Part shown: one piece after another, positions 8,244-18,121 of the stretch | How positions within the stretch are numbered: the first letter of the stretch is position 1 | How the letters are laid out: each line of letters starts with the position of its first letter | From: Silvanigrellaceae bacterium | Lineage (GTDB): Bacteria; Bdellovibrionota_B; Oligoflexia; Silvanigrellales; Silvanigrellaceae | Assembly: GCA_049423385.1 (NCBI GenBank) | Contig: JBMSQQ010000041.1 | Coordinates: 1 to 30,293 of the forward strand | Length of the DNA: 30,293 nt | Direction: 5' to 3' | The notes under the pieces: generated by a model | What the model was told of the DNA's origin: nothing | The model's database searches: none | Seen by the model: the letters and a program-made list of their open reading frames with translations, nothing else | Program-made: the position numbers and the translations under genes

Positions 8244-9143
8244 ATGCTCGTGTTCCGCAGATATGGTTTTGCGTTGCTTGTTCTGAGTGCATTCATATTT
8301 CCGTTTGCGTTCTACTCGTCCGACGTGTCGACGCGTCGGGATCTCTCATTGGTTGAAAAGGTGGTCTACACCGTCAGTCGGCCGCTGGAATTTGCCTTCA
8401 ACCTCGTGACGCATCAGTCCAGCAGCTTTGTGAAGTCCTACGTCGATTTGCGTGGTGCACGTGAGGAGTCCGAACGTTTTCGGGATGAAAATTCGAAATT
8501 GTCCGTTCAAATGCAAATGCTCAAGGAAGTTGAAAAGGAAAACGAACGGCTGCAGAAGTTGCTCAACTTCGTGCGCAAGGTGAACTTCAAGTTCGTTTCG
8601 GGGCACGTCCAGAGCGGTGATCCCAGCTTTTTGTATCGCAGTATCCGTTTGAACCGCGGTGAATCGGATGGTGTACTTCCAGGAATGGCAGTGGTTGCGG
8701 CAGAGGGTGCTGTGGGTGTTGTGATGCGCACCTTGAAGGCCTATTCGGATGTTCTTCTTCTCAACGATCCCAACTCCAATCTTGACGTGATTGTGGCCCG
8801 CAATCGCCGCCGTGGAATGCTTGAAGGAAGTTCATCGCAGGGAATGCTTTTCAAGTATGCTGACCGGGGAAGTCGTGTGATTGTTGGCGACGAAATCGTC
8901 ACAAGCGGATTGACCGGTCCTTTTCCGCGCGGGATTGTTGTTGGCCGTGTCACCCGAATCCGGGTTGAGCCGGATGGTGTGAGCCAAATCATCGAGGTTG
9001 AACCTGCAGTGAATTTTGCAGAGGTTTCTGAAGCGTTGATTCTGCTGAGGAGCAGTCGCGAGGTGGACGTGATTCGCAAGGTGGGTGGAGTCGACTGGAT
9101 GAAGAAGCTCGTCGAAACCATCCCGGGACGCAGCGGAGGCTGA
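8244..9143 (+). CDS. mreC: Rod shape-determining protein MreC
   Basis: TM, coiled coil (ENERLQKLL), LNRGESDGV..GMAVV, GDEIVTSG..GPFPRGI.VG. AAGGA RBS. Confidence 0.95.
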   Translation: MLVFRRYGFALLVLSAFIFPFAFYSSDVSTRRDLSLVEKVVYTVSRPLEFAFNLVTHQSSSFVKSYVDLRGAREESERFRDENSKLSVQMQMLKEVEKENERLQKLLNFVRKVNFKFVSGHVQSGDPSFLYRSIRLNRGESDGVLPGMAVVAAEGAVGVVMRTLKAYSDVLLLNDPNSNLDVIVARNRRRGMLEGSSSQGMLFKYADRGSRVIVGDEIVTSGLTGPFPRGIVVGRVTRIRVEPDGVSQIIEVEPAVNFAEVSEALILLRSSREVDVIRKVGGVDWMKKLVETIPGRSGG

Positions 9144-9144
9144 C

Positions 9145-9690
9145 ATGTTGCGCATGCGGGCATGGCAGGTTCATGCGACACTCATGATTGTTATCGCACT
9201 TGCCGTGGTCTATTTTCAGTCTTATTTTCTGGCACGCGCGGGTTCGCCGTGGCTGCATGTCGACCTGGCGACCATCTTTGTTGTTTATGTTGCAATTGAG
9301 CATTTGTTGTTGGGTGCATTGCTGCGCATCTTTTGCGTGGCCGCAATGATGCACATGTTCTCGGGAGCTCCGGACGGTTTTTACTTGATGTATTTTCTTC
9401 TGGCCATCGTCATTGCAAATTTGCTTGCCAGGGTTATTGCCCTGCACAAGTTGAGCAGCCAGATTCTTGTTTTTTTCGGCATTTTTCTTCTCAAGTTCGT
9501 GCTCGTGTATGCGAGCCTCAACAAAAACCAGCGGGTGCCCGACTTGCTTTTGTTCGTCGCGCGAATTGCGCCCAGTTTGATTGTGACGACCATATTGTCG
9601 GTGCCGATCTTTGGCCTCCTGTCTCGCATCGATGGCCTGTTTGATGCCAGTGCGCGACGCGACAGGCGTCATGATCTGGTTGAAAATTAA
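9145..9690 (+). CDS. mreD: Rod shape-determining protein MreD (divergent)
   Basis: 181-aa multi-TM protein in the canonical position between mreC and mrdA. Confidence 0.75.
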   Translation: MLRMRAWQVHATLMIVIALAVVYFQSYFLARAGSPWLHVDLATIFVVYVAIEHLLLGALLRIFCVAAMMHMFSGAPDGFYLMYFLLAIVIANLLARVIALHKLSSQILVFFGIFLLKFVLVYASLNKNQRVPDLLLFVARIAPSLIVTTILSVPIFGLLSRIDGLFDASARRDRRHDLVEN

Positions 9691-9701
9691 AGGGGTGATT
9701 C

Positions 9702-11711
9702 TTGGCCGACAATCGATTCAAATCTGAAATTGTTATCGATCCGCGACGGATTTACATTGCCATTGTCTTCTTCATGTTTTTGGTCATTTCCCTTGTTGGC
9801 CGGCTTTGGTATCTGCAGATTCTCAAGGGGCGCGACTTTTCGATTGCATCGGAACGCAACCGTGTTCGGGAAGTCACTCGGCCTGCTCCACGAGGCCTCA
9901 TCTTCGATCGCAACGGCAGTTTGATGCTTTCCAACCGGCCTTTTTTCGACCTGGTCATCATTCCACAGTACCTTCAGAACCGTGACCAGACCCTCAAGAT
10001 TGTTTCCGAGCTTTTCAGTATTCCTCTCGAGCAAATTGAGAAGCGCCTGGCGGAAGCTGCGAGTGTTCCACACTTTGTTCCGGTGCGTATCAAGCGCAAT
10101 TTGACCCTGCATGAAGTTGCGGTCATGGAATCGAACAAGTTTTTTCTGCCGGGTGGCGACGTCGACACGGCCCCACGGCGCGATTATCAACGCAGCGACT
10201 CGGCACATCTTTTTGGCTATCTGGGGGAAGTGACAAACCGCGAACTGGACACGCTGAATGCCGTTTCCCGCGACTATCAGTATCGCGTCGGATCGATCAT
10301 TGGAAAAATGGGCGTGGAAAAGAAATACGAAAACAACCTGCGTGGCCTTGAAGGCAAAGACTACCTTCAGGTCGATGCTTATGGTCGTCTGCAATCTGCG
10401 TCGGCAATGGACCTTGGTTTGAGCAGCAAGAAGGCCGGCCAACGTGGTTACGACATGTTTCTCACGATTGATGACGACATCCAGCGCGCTGCGGTTGAGG
10501 CGTTCAGAAACAAGAATGGTGCTGTTGCGGTCATGAACGCGCAGACCGGAGAAGTTCTTGCATACGTGAGTCACCCGAATTTCAGTCTCTCAATGTATCA
10601 GGACGGCCTGACGGGAGAAGACTGGCAGCTCCTCCAGACGAATCCATTCAAACCATTGCTGGACAAGGTCACCGGCGGTGCCTATCCGCCAGGATCGGTG
10701 TTCAAGATTATCACTGCTCTTGCCGCGCTTGAGGAAGGTGTGACTTCTCCCCAGCGCACATATTCATGCAATGGTGTGTTTTCGCTTGGAAACGGCAAAT
10801 GGCGTTGCTGGAAGAAGACGGGTCACGGAGTTGTGAATCTGCGCAAGTCGCTGGAACAAAGTTGTGACGTATATTTCTATCAGGTTGGCAACCTTCTGGG
10901 AGTTGATCGCATCGCAAAATGGTCGAAGGCATTTGGTCTGGGCGAAAAAACGGGCCTCGACCTGAACATGGAAGTGACGGGAATTGTTCCGTCGACAGAG
11001 TGGAAACTGCAGACCAAAGGTGCGCCCTGGCAGAGTGGTGACACCATCAACGTTTCCATTGGCCAAGGTTACAACCTGATGACCCCTTTGCAAATCGTGA
11101 CCATGATGGCTGCGGTGGGAAATGGTGGAAAGGTGTTCAGACCCTATCTGCTCAAAAAGATTGTCGACTCACAAGGAAAAATAATCGCAGAAGAAAAACC
11201 ACTTCTGAGAAAAAGGGTCACCTACAAGCCGGAAAATCTCGCCCTCGTGAAAGCAGGATTGGAAGATGTGGTGATGAGCCCGACTGGAACGGGCAAGCGT
11301 TCATTGGTCAACGGTTTCAGAATCGCGGGCAAAACGGGAACGGCCCAGACGGCTGCGCTCAAGCGAACCAAGGATCAGGAGGAATTGCATTTCCAGCAGC
11401 GTGACCACGCCTGGTTTGCTGCCTACGCACCTGCGGAAAATCCTGAAATTGCCGTGGTTGCCCTCAGTGAGTTCGACGGTGGTGGTGGTGGTGCCCAAGC
11501 TGCACCGATTGTTCAAAAGGTCATGGAAGCCTACTTGCGCAAGGCACACCCCGAAAAGTTTCCCACCAACAAGGTTTCGCAAAAAATTTCCGAGCGCAAA
11601 ACGCAATTGGATGATGGCCGTAACGCGCCGAATGTGGATGTCCTGCCGCCTGAAGCCTCGGAGTCCGAAGCGGAAGATGGTGGCGAGGTGAACGAACCGT
11701 CGGGTGATTGA
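9702..11711 (+). CDS. mrdA: Penicillin-binding protein 2
   Basis: RLWYLQI, APRGLIFDRNG, catalytic motifs SVFK (SxxK), SCD and KTGT. TTG start with AAGGGG upstream. Confidence 0.95.
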   Translation: MADNRFKSEIVIDPRRIYIAIVFFMFLVISLVGRLWYLQILKGRDFSIASERNRVREVTRPAPRGLIFDRNGSLMLSNRPFFDLVIIPQYLQNRDQTLKIVSELFSIPLEQIEKRLAEAASVPHFVPVRIKRNLTLHEVAVMESNKFFLPGGDVDTAPRRDYQRSDSAHLFGYLGEVTNRELDTLNAVSRDYQYRVGSIIGKMGVEKKYENNLRGLEGKDYLQVDAYGRLQSASAMDLGLSSKKAGQRGYDMFLTIDDDIQRAAVEAFRNKNGAVAVMNAQTGEVLAYVSHPNFSLSMYQDGLTGEDWQLLQTNPFKPLLDKVTGGAYPPGSVFKIITALAALEEGVTSPQRTYSCNGVFSLGNGKWRCWKKTGHGVVNLRKSLEQSCDVYFYQVGNLLGVDRIAKWSKAFGLGEKTGLDLNMEVTGIVPSTEWKLQTKGAPWQSGDTINVSIGQGYNLMTPLQIVTMMAAVGNGGKVFRPYLLKKIVDSQGKIIAEEKPLLRKRVTYKPENLALVKAGLEDVVMSPTGTGKRSLVNGFRIAGKTGTAQTAALKRTKDQEELHFQQRDHAWFAAYAPAENPEIAVVALSEFDGGGGGAQAAPIVQKVMEAYLRKAHPEKFPTNKVSQKISERKTQLDDGRNAPNVDVLPPEASESEAEDGGEVNEPSGD

Positions 11712-12844
11712 GGGAGAGAACGAAGGTGCTTTTGTTTTGGCAAATGCTCAAAGAGCGGTTTCGCGGAACCCCGTGGTCCCTGCTGGTGACCGTTTATTTG
11801 ATGATCGGTATCGGTTTGTTCAATATGTACAGTGCGTCGGGAGCCGATGTTTCGCCGGGTCGCTTCAATGACCAGATCCAATGGGCCTTGGTCGGAACCC
11901 TTGCGATGATGTTCTGGGGCATCATCCTTGACCTGCGCTCAATCGAACGGCTGACATTTTTCAGTTACATTATCGTTTGTGCGTTGCTCTTTGCCGTTGA
12001 TGTGACAGGACAGGTTGCCAAGGGCTCGCAGCGATGGTTGTCGGTTGGTCCAATTCGCATCCAGCCCAGTGAGCTTGCCAAGTTCGTTATCATCTTGATC
12101 GTTGCCCGGAGTTTTTCCTTCGTGAAAGGTGTTCATGAATTCACGATTCTTACACTTTGGCGACAAATCATAGTCATTGGCATTCCATTCATTCTCGTGC
12201 TTGTTCAGCCCGATTTGGGAACCTCCGGACTTGTACTGTTGATAGGCTGTTTTCAAATTGCATTTGTGCGCATCAACTGGACGAGTATCGCAATTGTTGC
12301 GTTCAGTGGCCTGAGTGCTTCGATTATCGCCTGGAACTTTATCCTTTACGATTATCAAAAATTGCGTGTTCTCAATTTCCTCAATCCTATGCGCGACCCG
12401 AAAGGTGCGGGTTATCACTCTATTCAAAGCATGATTGCCGTTGGCAGTGGTGGCGTTTGGGGACGTGGTTTCCAGCAGGGAACGCAAAGCCAGCTGAACT
12501 TCCTGCCCGAGCGACACACCGACTTTGCATTCTCGGTTTGGGCCGAAGAACAAGGTTTCATTGGCTGCGTGGTTGTCTTTGGTTTGTACCTTCTGTTGCT
12601 GCTTCAGATTTTTCAGGTTGCAGAAAAGGCCCGCGACTCATTTTCAGCCCTGGTGGCATTGGGAGTTGCTGGATTTTTTCTGTTTCATTTTTTCATCAAC
12701 GTTGCCATGGTGGTTGGTGTGTTTCCCGTGGTGGGTGTGCCACTGTCGCTTATCAGCTACGGTGGAAGTCATATGTTGACGGTCATGAGCTGCGTTGGGT
12801 TGCTTGTGGCGGTTGAGCGGCGTCGGGCGATGTCTGCAACCTGA
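11708..12844 (+). CDS. rodA: Rod shape-determining protein RodA (SEDS glycosyltransferase)
   Basis: Motifs GSQRW, IQPSELAK, QPDLGT, FLPERHTDFAFS...EE.GF and PVVGVPLSLISYGGS. TTGA overlap with mrdA. Confidence 0.95.
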   Translation: MRERTKVLLFWQMLKERFRGTPWSLLVTVYLMIGIGLFNMYSASGADVSPGRFNDQIQWALVGTLAMMFWGIILDLRSIERLTFFSYIIVCALLFAVDVTGQVAKGSQRWLSVGPIRIQPSELAKFVIILIVARSFSFVKGVHEFTILTLWRQIIVIGIPFILVLVQPDLGTSGLVLLIGCFQIAFVRINWTSIAIVAFSGLSASIIAWNFILYDYQKLRVLNFLNPMRDPKGAGYHSIQSMIAVGSGGVWGRGFQQGTQSQLNFLPERHTDFAFSVWAEEQGFIGCVVVFGLYLLLLLQIFQVAEKARDSFSALVALGVAGFFLFHFFINVAMVVGVFPVVGVPLSLISYGGSHMLTVMSCVGLLVAVERRRAMSAT

Positions 12845-12868
12845 GTCATTTCAGAGTGAGAGAAAGCG

Positions 12869-13384
12869 ATGAACGATAAAGACAGCATGGAAAAAAAGAG
12901 TTTACGCGTGCGTGCATTCCTGATTGGGGCAGTCGCAACCGGATTATTGTGCGGTTTGGTTGTATTGTGCGTTCCTGGAAAGCCCGAGGTTGTTGCCGAT
13001 GCCGCAAAATCCCAGGCCTTGGCAGACGCTCAATCTGCATCTGCGACTCAATCAAATGCAGCAGCCGAGGCATCGACCACACCAACCGGCCCGGCGGCAT
13101 TGCGTTCCGCACCCACGGGTCAGCGGCTCTACGAACGCTTTTGTGCGGGTTGCCATGGAGCCGATGGAAAAGCCCAAACCACCATGTCCCGGATGATGTC
13201 TTCAAAACCGACCAACCTTGCCGATGGTCCCTGGAAAGGTGAGCAGACAACCTCTGCAATCATTGAAATCGTGAAAAATGGAAAAGGTGCGATGCCCGCC
13301 TATGGCAAGGAAATTTCCAACGAAGCAGAGCTTTCTGCATTGGCTGATCACGTGCTGTCACTGCGTGGCGGCAAGAATCAATGA
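12869..13384 (+). CDS. Membrane-anchored monoheme class I cytochrome c
   Basis: N-terminal hydrophobic helix, Ala/Ser/Thr/Gln linker, GQRLYERFCAGCHG.DG heme motif and distal Met in GKGAMPAY. Confidence 0.85.
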   Translation: MNDKDSMEKKSLRVRAFLIGAVATGLLCGLVVLCVPGKPEVVADAAKSQALADAQSASATQSNAAAEASTTPTGPAALRSAPTGQRLYERFCAGCHGADGKAQTTMSRMMSSKPTNLADGPWKGEQTTSAIIEIVKNGKGAMPAYGKEISNEAELSALADHVLSLRGGKNQ

Positions 13385-14037
13385 CATTGAGAATTCTCGG
13401 CATAGACCCAGGCACACGCATCGCCGGCTACGGAGTTGTTGATTTGCACCCCGATGGTCGAATCACAGGAGTGTCGGCCGGAGTTTGGCGATTTGATGCT
13501 GATCTCCCTCTTGCCGCACGCCTCGCCTCGCTCGCAACCGAGTTTGCTCGCGTGGTGGGAATTTATTCTCCACAAGGTGTTTGTGTGGAGCAGGCTTTTG
13601 TGGCTCAAAATATCCGTTCGGCACTTTTTCTTGGTCATGCGCGCGGAGTGGTGCTCGCTCATGCGCATCAGAGTGGTCTTGCGGTGCATGAATTGTCGCC
13701 GACTGCGGTGAAAAAGGCTGTGCTTGCACATGGTCGCTCCAGCAAGGAATCCATCGCCCATGCACTGTCGCAAATTTTAAAGGTGTCTTTTGAAAATCTT
13801 CCCCACGACGCGAGCGATGCACTCGCTGTCGCATATGCACACGCGTTGAAAGAAAAAATGGCGCGCACGCAGGGGGTTTCCTTGAGTCAGGAGGGGCAGA
13901 TGGAGAAGAAAACCAAGCGCAGGGCGGGCGGCTCGCGTTGGGCGTCGCCCGAGACTCCGCGCCATTCAAACTCGGTACGGAAAAAAAACGGATTTGAAAT
14001 GTTTGTCGAAGGCGACAAAAAACTTCGCAAACTTTGA
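13381..14037 (+). CDS. ruvC: Holliday junction resolvase RuvC with C-terminal extension
   Basis: Motifs ILGIDPG..IAGYGVV, VEQAF, LGHARGVV, P..VKKAV..G and DASDALAVA. ATGA overlap with the cytochrome c gene. Confidence 0.92.
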   Translation: MTLRILGIDPGTRIAGYGVVDLHPDGRITGVSAGVWRFDADLPLAARLASLATEFARVVGIYSPQGVCVEQAFVAQNIRSALFLGHARGVVLAHAHQSGLAVHELSPTAVKKAVLAHGRSSKESIAHALSQILKVSFENLPHDASDALAVAYAHALKEKMARTQGVSLSQEGQMEKKTKRRAGGSRWASPETPRHSNSVRKKNGFEMFVEGDKKLRKL

Positions 14038-14041
14038 ACGT

Positions 14042-15376
14042 TCAATTCTGCTTCAGTCGTTCCATGAAACTTTGAACTTCGCTCATCGGGAAACTTTCCT
14101 GAACTCCCGTTGAAAGCCATTTGCAGGCGAAAGTTGAGTTTTTCAGTTCTTCTTCACCGCGAAAGACGACCGCCTTTGCGCCGGTCCGTTCGGCCCATTG
14201 AATCTGTTTTCCAAATTTCGTGGCCGAGAGTGTTGTTTCCACGTTCACTCCTGCCATCCGCAGCACCCTTGAAAGTTCGAGTGCCGGCATGCGGTCGTTT
14301 TCGGAAAAACGGATGACCGCGACTTCAGTGTTTCGCTTGAGGTTTTGCGTCAGGCCATGAACTTCCAGGAAATTCAGCAACGAAACATCGCTCACTCCAT
14401 ATCCGATCCCGGGCAGGGGATCGACGCCGAAGGCACCGACGAGATTGTCGTAGCGACCACCACCAAACAGGGCGCGGCGATTGTCGGGATGATTGTCATA
14501 AATTTCAAAGACAAGACCCGTGTAGTAGTCGAATCCACGCATGATTGAGGCATCGAATCGGACGCACCCGGCAGGAATCAGCTTGTGCAGGCATGCCAAG
14601 CGTTGTTCGAGAGCTTCCAGGTTTTCTGTCTGCGAGCCCAGGAGAGTTCGAATTTCGCTCAGGGGTTGAGTCATGAACGTTTCGAGCGTTGCGATGTCGG
14701 CCTCGGAGAGCCAGAGTTTTCCGGCTTCTTCGCGAAAAGCTTGAGGGGTGAGTTTGTCGCGTTTGTCGAGCAACCTGAGGATAGAAGACTTCTGCGATGG
14801 ATTCAGTTTCAGAATGCCGAACAGCAGATCGTCGACCAATCCGCGGTGATTGACGCGAATTTCAAAATCTCCCGCTTTCGCTCCCAGACGGGTCAACAGG
14901 TCGTGGCAGGTGAGCAGCACCTCCACATCTTCATCCATGGGGGTGCCACCAAACACATCGACGTTGAGCTGGTCGAATTCACGCAGTCGACCCCGTTGTG
15001 GGCGTTCGTAGCGCATGCAGGTTGGTATCGAATACCAGCGGATGGGCCGAACGAGTTCCTTGGAACGCGAGGCGACCATCCGGGCCAGGGTTGGGGTCAT
15101 TTCAGGACGAATGCCGACTTTACGGCCTCCGCGATCTTCAAACGAGTACAGCTGTTCGCTGACAATTTCTTCGCTCGATTTGCTGGCATAAAGTTCCAGA
15201 GGCTCAAGAATGGGGCCTGCGTATTCTTCATATCCGTAGCCTTCGAGGACCTGTCGGATGTGTCCATACATCCAGTTTCTCAACCTCTGCAATTCCGGAT
15301 GGAAGTCCCGCGTTCCCCGGTATCCTTGCGTGGAAAGGGGCTGATTTTCTTTGGCGCGGTTGGACTCGTTGGTCAT
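14042..15376 (-). CDS. hisS: Histidine--tRNA ligase
   Basis: Motifs RGTRDF, RPEMTPTLAR, RYERPQRGRLREF.Q, RGFDYYTG and GGGRYDNL, plus a C-terminal anticodon-binding domain. GGAG RBS. Confidence 0.96.
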   Translation of the reverse strand: MTNESNRAKENQPLSTQGYRGTRDFHPELQRLRNWMYGHIRQVLEGYGYEEYAGPILEPLELYASKSSEEIVSEQLYSFEDRGGRKVGIRPEMTPTLARMVASRSKELVRPIRWYSIPTCMRYERPQRGRLREFDQLNVDVFGGTPMDEDVEVLLTCHDLLTRLGAKAGDFEIRVNHRGLVDDLLFGILKLNPSQKSSILRLLDKRDKLTPQAFREEAGKLWLSEADIATLETFMTQPLSEIRTLLGSQTENLEALEQRLACLHKLIPAGCVRFDASIMRGFDYYTGLVFEIYDNHPDNRRALFGGGRYDNLVGAFGVDPLPGIGYGVSDVSLLNFLEVHGLTQNLKRNTEVAVIRFSENDRMPALELSRVLRMAGVNVETTLSATKFGKQIQWAERTGAKAVVFRGEEELKNSTFACKWLSTGVQESFPMSEVQSFMERLKQN

Positions 15377-15414
15377 TTGAGACTCCGGAATGGGGCAGGG
15401 TTCGCTACGGGCAG

Positions 15415-15444
15415 AGGCTAGTCAAAACCCGAGGTTCGTGTCAA
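15415..15444 (-). promoter_or_regulatory. Candidate sigma70 promoter for hisS
   Basis: Minus strand TTGACA-N18-TAGCCT. Confidence 0.4.
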
Positions 15445-15458
15445 TTTCTGCGGCCGTG

Positions 15459-15487
15459 TGGACCGCTTCCGGTGGGTAGGGTATAGG
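15459..15487 (+). promoter_or_regulatory. Candidate sigma70 promoter for the uppS operon
   Basis: TGGACC-N17-TATAGG. Confidence 0.3.
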
Positions 15488-15543
15488 CGGCTTTCGGGAC
15501 TTGCACTGCAGGGGTGGGTCCGTTTGGGTTTGAGGCCAACGAA

Positions 15544-16365
15544 ATGAATGAATTTTTTCAGAAATGGGAACTTGATCCACTGAAACTTCCACGCCACGTG
15601 GGCATCATCATGGATGGCAATGGCCGCTGGGCGACAGCGCGTCGCTTGCCACGGGTTGCTGGCCACAAAAAAGGTGTGGAGCGGGTCAACGAGATCACCG
15701 AGTTTGCCGTTCACTGTGGACTTCATGCACTCACTCTTTATGCGTTTTCGGATGAAAACTGGCGCCGCCCCGAAGAGGAAGTGAGCGCGTTGATGAGCCT
15801 GCTGCGTTGGTACCTGAAAGCAGAGCGAAACAAGATTCTCGACAACAACATCCGCTTCCGCTTGATTGGCGATCGCGGCAAACTTTCGAGCGACATTCTC
15901 GAAATGGCGACAAGGCTCGAAGATGACAGTGCCAGCAACACGGGGCTCAATCTTTGCATTGCCTTGTCATATGGAAGCCGTGGTGAAATTCTTCGTGCAG
16001 TGCGCAGGGTGCTCGATAAAATCAACGCCGGTGAACTCTATCCTGCCGATGTTGATGAACAAAGCTTCGAGGATCATCTCGACACGGCGGGCCTGCCGCA
16101 AGTTGACATGGTCATCCGGACAAGCGGCGAGCAGCGCATCAGCAACTTTTTGTTGTGGCAGTCCGCATATGCGGAATACTTCTTTGAAAACACATCCTGG
16201 CCTGATTTTTCGGAATCTGTTTTTGCCGCACTGCTGAAGCAGTACGGCAACCGTGAGCGCAGGTTTGGTCGCACGCCGGAGCAGGTTCGCCAACCCGCCG
16301 GCGGCGAAAGCAAGCGCAAAAATTCTCCCACGCATCTCAAATCCGTGAAGGCGACACATCGATGA
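15544..16365 (+). CDS. uppS: Undecaprenyl diphosphate synthase (cis-prenyltransferase)
   Basis: Motifs PRHVGIIMDGNGRWA, TLYAFSDENWRRP, IRTSGEQRISNFLLWQSAYAE and RERRFG. Start is ATG 15544 (GAGG upstream) or GTG 15514. Confidence 0.96.
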   Translation: MNEFFQKWELDPLKLPRHVGIIMDGNGRWATARRLPRVAGHKKGVERVNEITEFAVHCGLHALTLYAFSDENWRRPEEEVSALMSLLRWYLKAERNKILDNNIRFRLIGDRGKLSSDILEMATRLEDDSASNTGLNLCIALSYGSRGEILRAVRRVLDKINAGELYPADVDEQSFEDHLDTAGLPQVDMVIRTSGEQRISNFLLWQSAYAEYFFENTSWPDFSESVFAALLKQYGNRERRFGRTPEQVRQPAGGESKRKNSPTHLKSVKATHR

Positions 16366-18104
16366 GTTCAATTTTGAGTTGGTTGCTCACCAATCCTTTC
16401 GTGGCCTTCATAATTCTCGTCGGCATCGTGGTTTTCATCCATGAACTTGGTCATTACCTTGCCGGCATTTGGATGGGCATTGCGATCGAGGAATTCAGCC
16501 TTGGTTTTGGTCCCACGGCGTGGTCTTTCAAACGTGGTCGCACCGAATACAAAATCTGCTGGCTTCCGCTCGGTGGCTACGTGCGCTTTTTTGGCATGGA
16601 AAGTGGAGAGGAAGTTGCACCAGAGCTTGTCGGCAAGGCGCTCAACACGGCACCGGTATACAAACGTTCGATCATTTCTGTTGCCGGTCCATTCGCCAAT
16701 TTTGTCTTGAGCCTGATCGTCATGATCATTCTATCGAACGTGGGCCTTCCACAGGCAGCTCCGGTTGTCAGTGTTCTTCCCGATGGTGTTGCGCGCAAGT
16801 CAGGCTTGCTCACGGGTGACAAGATTGTCTCCATCGCTGGCGAAAAAGTCCGTTCATGGGCTGATATCAACCGACTGATTTCCTCCCGTCCCGAGATGGC
16901 AACATCCGTTGAAATCGAACGTGGTGGGACGTCGATGACTTTGGAGATGACTCCGGCGCGCGAAATGAGCGAGTCGCTGTTCGGTGAGCCGACGGCAGTG
17001 GGACGGATAGGCGTTTCGCAGTTCTTTCAGACTCCAAGGGTCATGGTTGTTGCGGGCGACAACGCCTTTGCAAAAGCGGGGCTGAAATCCGGCGACCTGA
17101 TTCTCGAGGCCAATGGAAACAAGGTGAAGGCGCTTCATGAGGTTGAGCAGGCGCTTGCAAAGGGCAATGCGACTCTCGTTGTTGAGCGTCACGACAGCCT
17201 GACGATCGAAAAGCTTTTGGTTCAAGCCGATCCAAAGCAGGCGCAAGCCATGGGCGGACCAGCTCCAACCAAGGTGACCCTGAATTTTTCGGCACCGGTG
17301 AGTCTGCAGGACTGGGCGAGTTTTGTCCGCTCGACAGACATGATGGTCAAATCCTTTGAGACGCTCAACAAGGGTGATCGCAAGATTCCCGTGAAGGAAG
17401 CATGGCAAAGTTGTGGGCTTCGCAACGGAGACACATTTTTTGAAAGTGCAGGTCCCGTGAGCCTGTTGAGCCCGGTGGAATTGTCGTCTGTCCTGCAAAA
17501 ATTGATGCGAACCGATGATGCAGGACCTGCCGATCTCCAGGCCAAGGTCATGAATCTCGAACAGCAGGATTTGAGAGTCATCAACTGTCGCATTCCACGG
17601 CGTGCCGCGATTGATGCACTCAGCCGCAATCAGTGGGTTGTCGATCTTCCGGTGTCGTTTGCCAGCCGGGGTGTTTCGGTTGACCCCGTGATTCTCCGCA
17701 GTGAATCTTTGTTGGCATCCTTGAAGGATGGTTTCAACGCGACCATGTCGCAGGCATCGACAATCGTCACAGCGCTCAAGAAGTTGTTCACCGGGGATGT
17801 CCCCCTGAAAAATCTCGGTGGCCCCATCGCAATTGCGCGTGCTGCCGGCGATGCTGCCGAAGGTGGCTTGCTCGTCTTTATCTTGACGATTTCATGGATG
17901 AGCCTGAATATCGGCCTTTTCAATCTTTTGCCGTTGCCCGCCTTGGATGGTGGCAATTTGTTGCTGCAGGGCGTTGAGGCTGCCTATGGCAAACCATTGC
18001 CTTTGAAAGTTCAACTTGCTGTGCAGCGTTTGGGTGTGGCGTTGTTGTTGGGACTCATCGTACTGGTGTTCTTCAACGACTTGATGCGTTTGTTCCGTTC
18101 CTGA
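16362..18104 (+). CDS. rseP: RIP metalloprotease RseP (M50B) with multiple PDZ domains
   Basis: Motifs HELGH, FSLGFGP, LPLGGYV, AGPFANF, PDZ-like GL..GD repeats, GPIAI and NLLPLPALDGG. ATGA overlap with uppS. Confidence 0.94.
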   Translation: MSSILSWLLTNPFVAFIILVGIVVFIHELGHYLAGIWMGIAIEEFSLGFGPTAWSFKRGRTEYKICWLPLGGYVRFFGMESGEEVAPELVGKALNTAPVYKRSIISVAGPFANFVLSLIVMIILSNVGLPQAAPVVSVLPDGVARKSGLLTGDKIVSIAGEKVRSWADINRLISSRPEMATSVEIERGGTSMTLEMTPAREMSESLFGEPTAVGRIGVSQFFQTPRVMVVAGDNAFAKAGLKSGDLILEANGNKVKALHEVEQALAKGNATLVVERHDSLTIEKLLVQADPKQAQAMGGPAPTKVTLNFSAPVSLQDWASFVRSTDMMVKSFETLNKGDRKIPVKEAWQSCGLRNGDTFFESAGPVSLLSPVELSSVLQKLMRTDDAGPADLQAKVMNLEQQDLRVINCRIPRRAAIDALSRNQWVVDLPVSFASRGVSVDPVILRSESLLASLKDGFNATMSQASTIVTALKKLFTGDVPLKNLGGPIAIARAAGDAAEGGLLVFILTISWMSLNIGLFNLLPLPALDGGNLLLQGVEAAYGKPLPLKVQLAVQRLGVALLLGLIVLVFFNDLMRLFRS

Positions 18105-18121
18105 GGAGGGGTCGCCTGCGC

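Noticed and set aside
11478..11492. (GGT)5 trinucleotide repeat in mrdA
   Set aside because: In-frame poly-Gly at the normally Gly-rich PBP2 motif; not a phase-variation tract.
13381..14037. RuvC as a Cas/TnpB-type nuclease or defence gene
   Set aside because: It has the canonical resolvase motifs, and there is no CRISPR array, zinc finger, transposase or element ends nearby.
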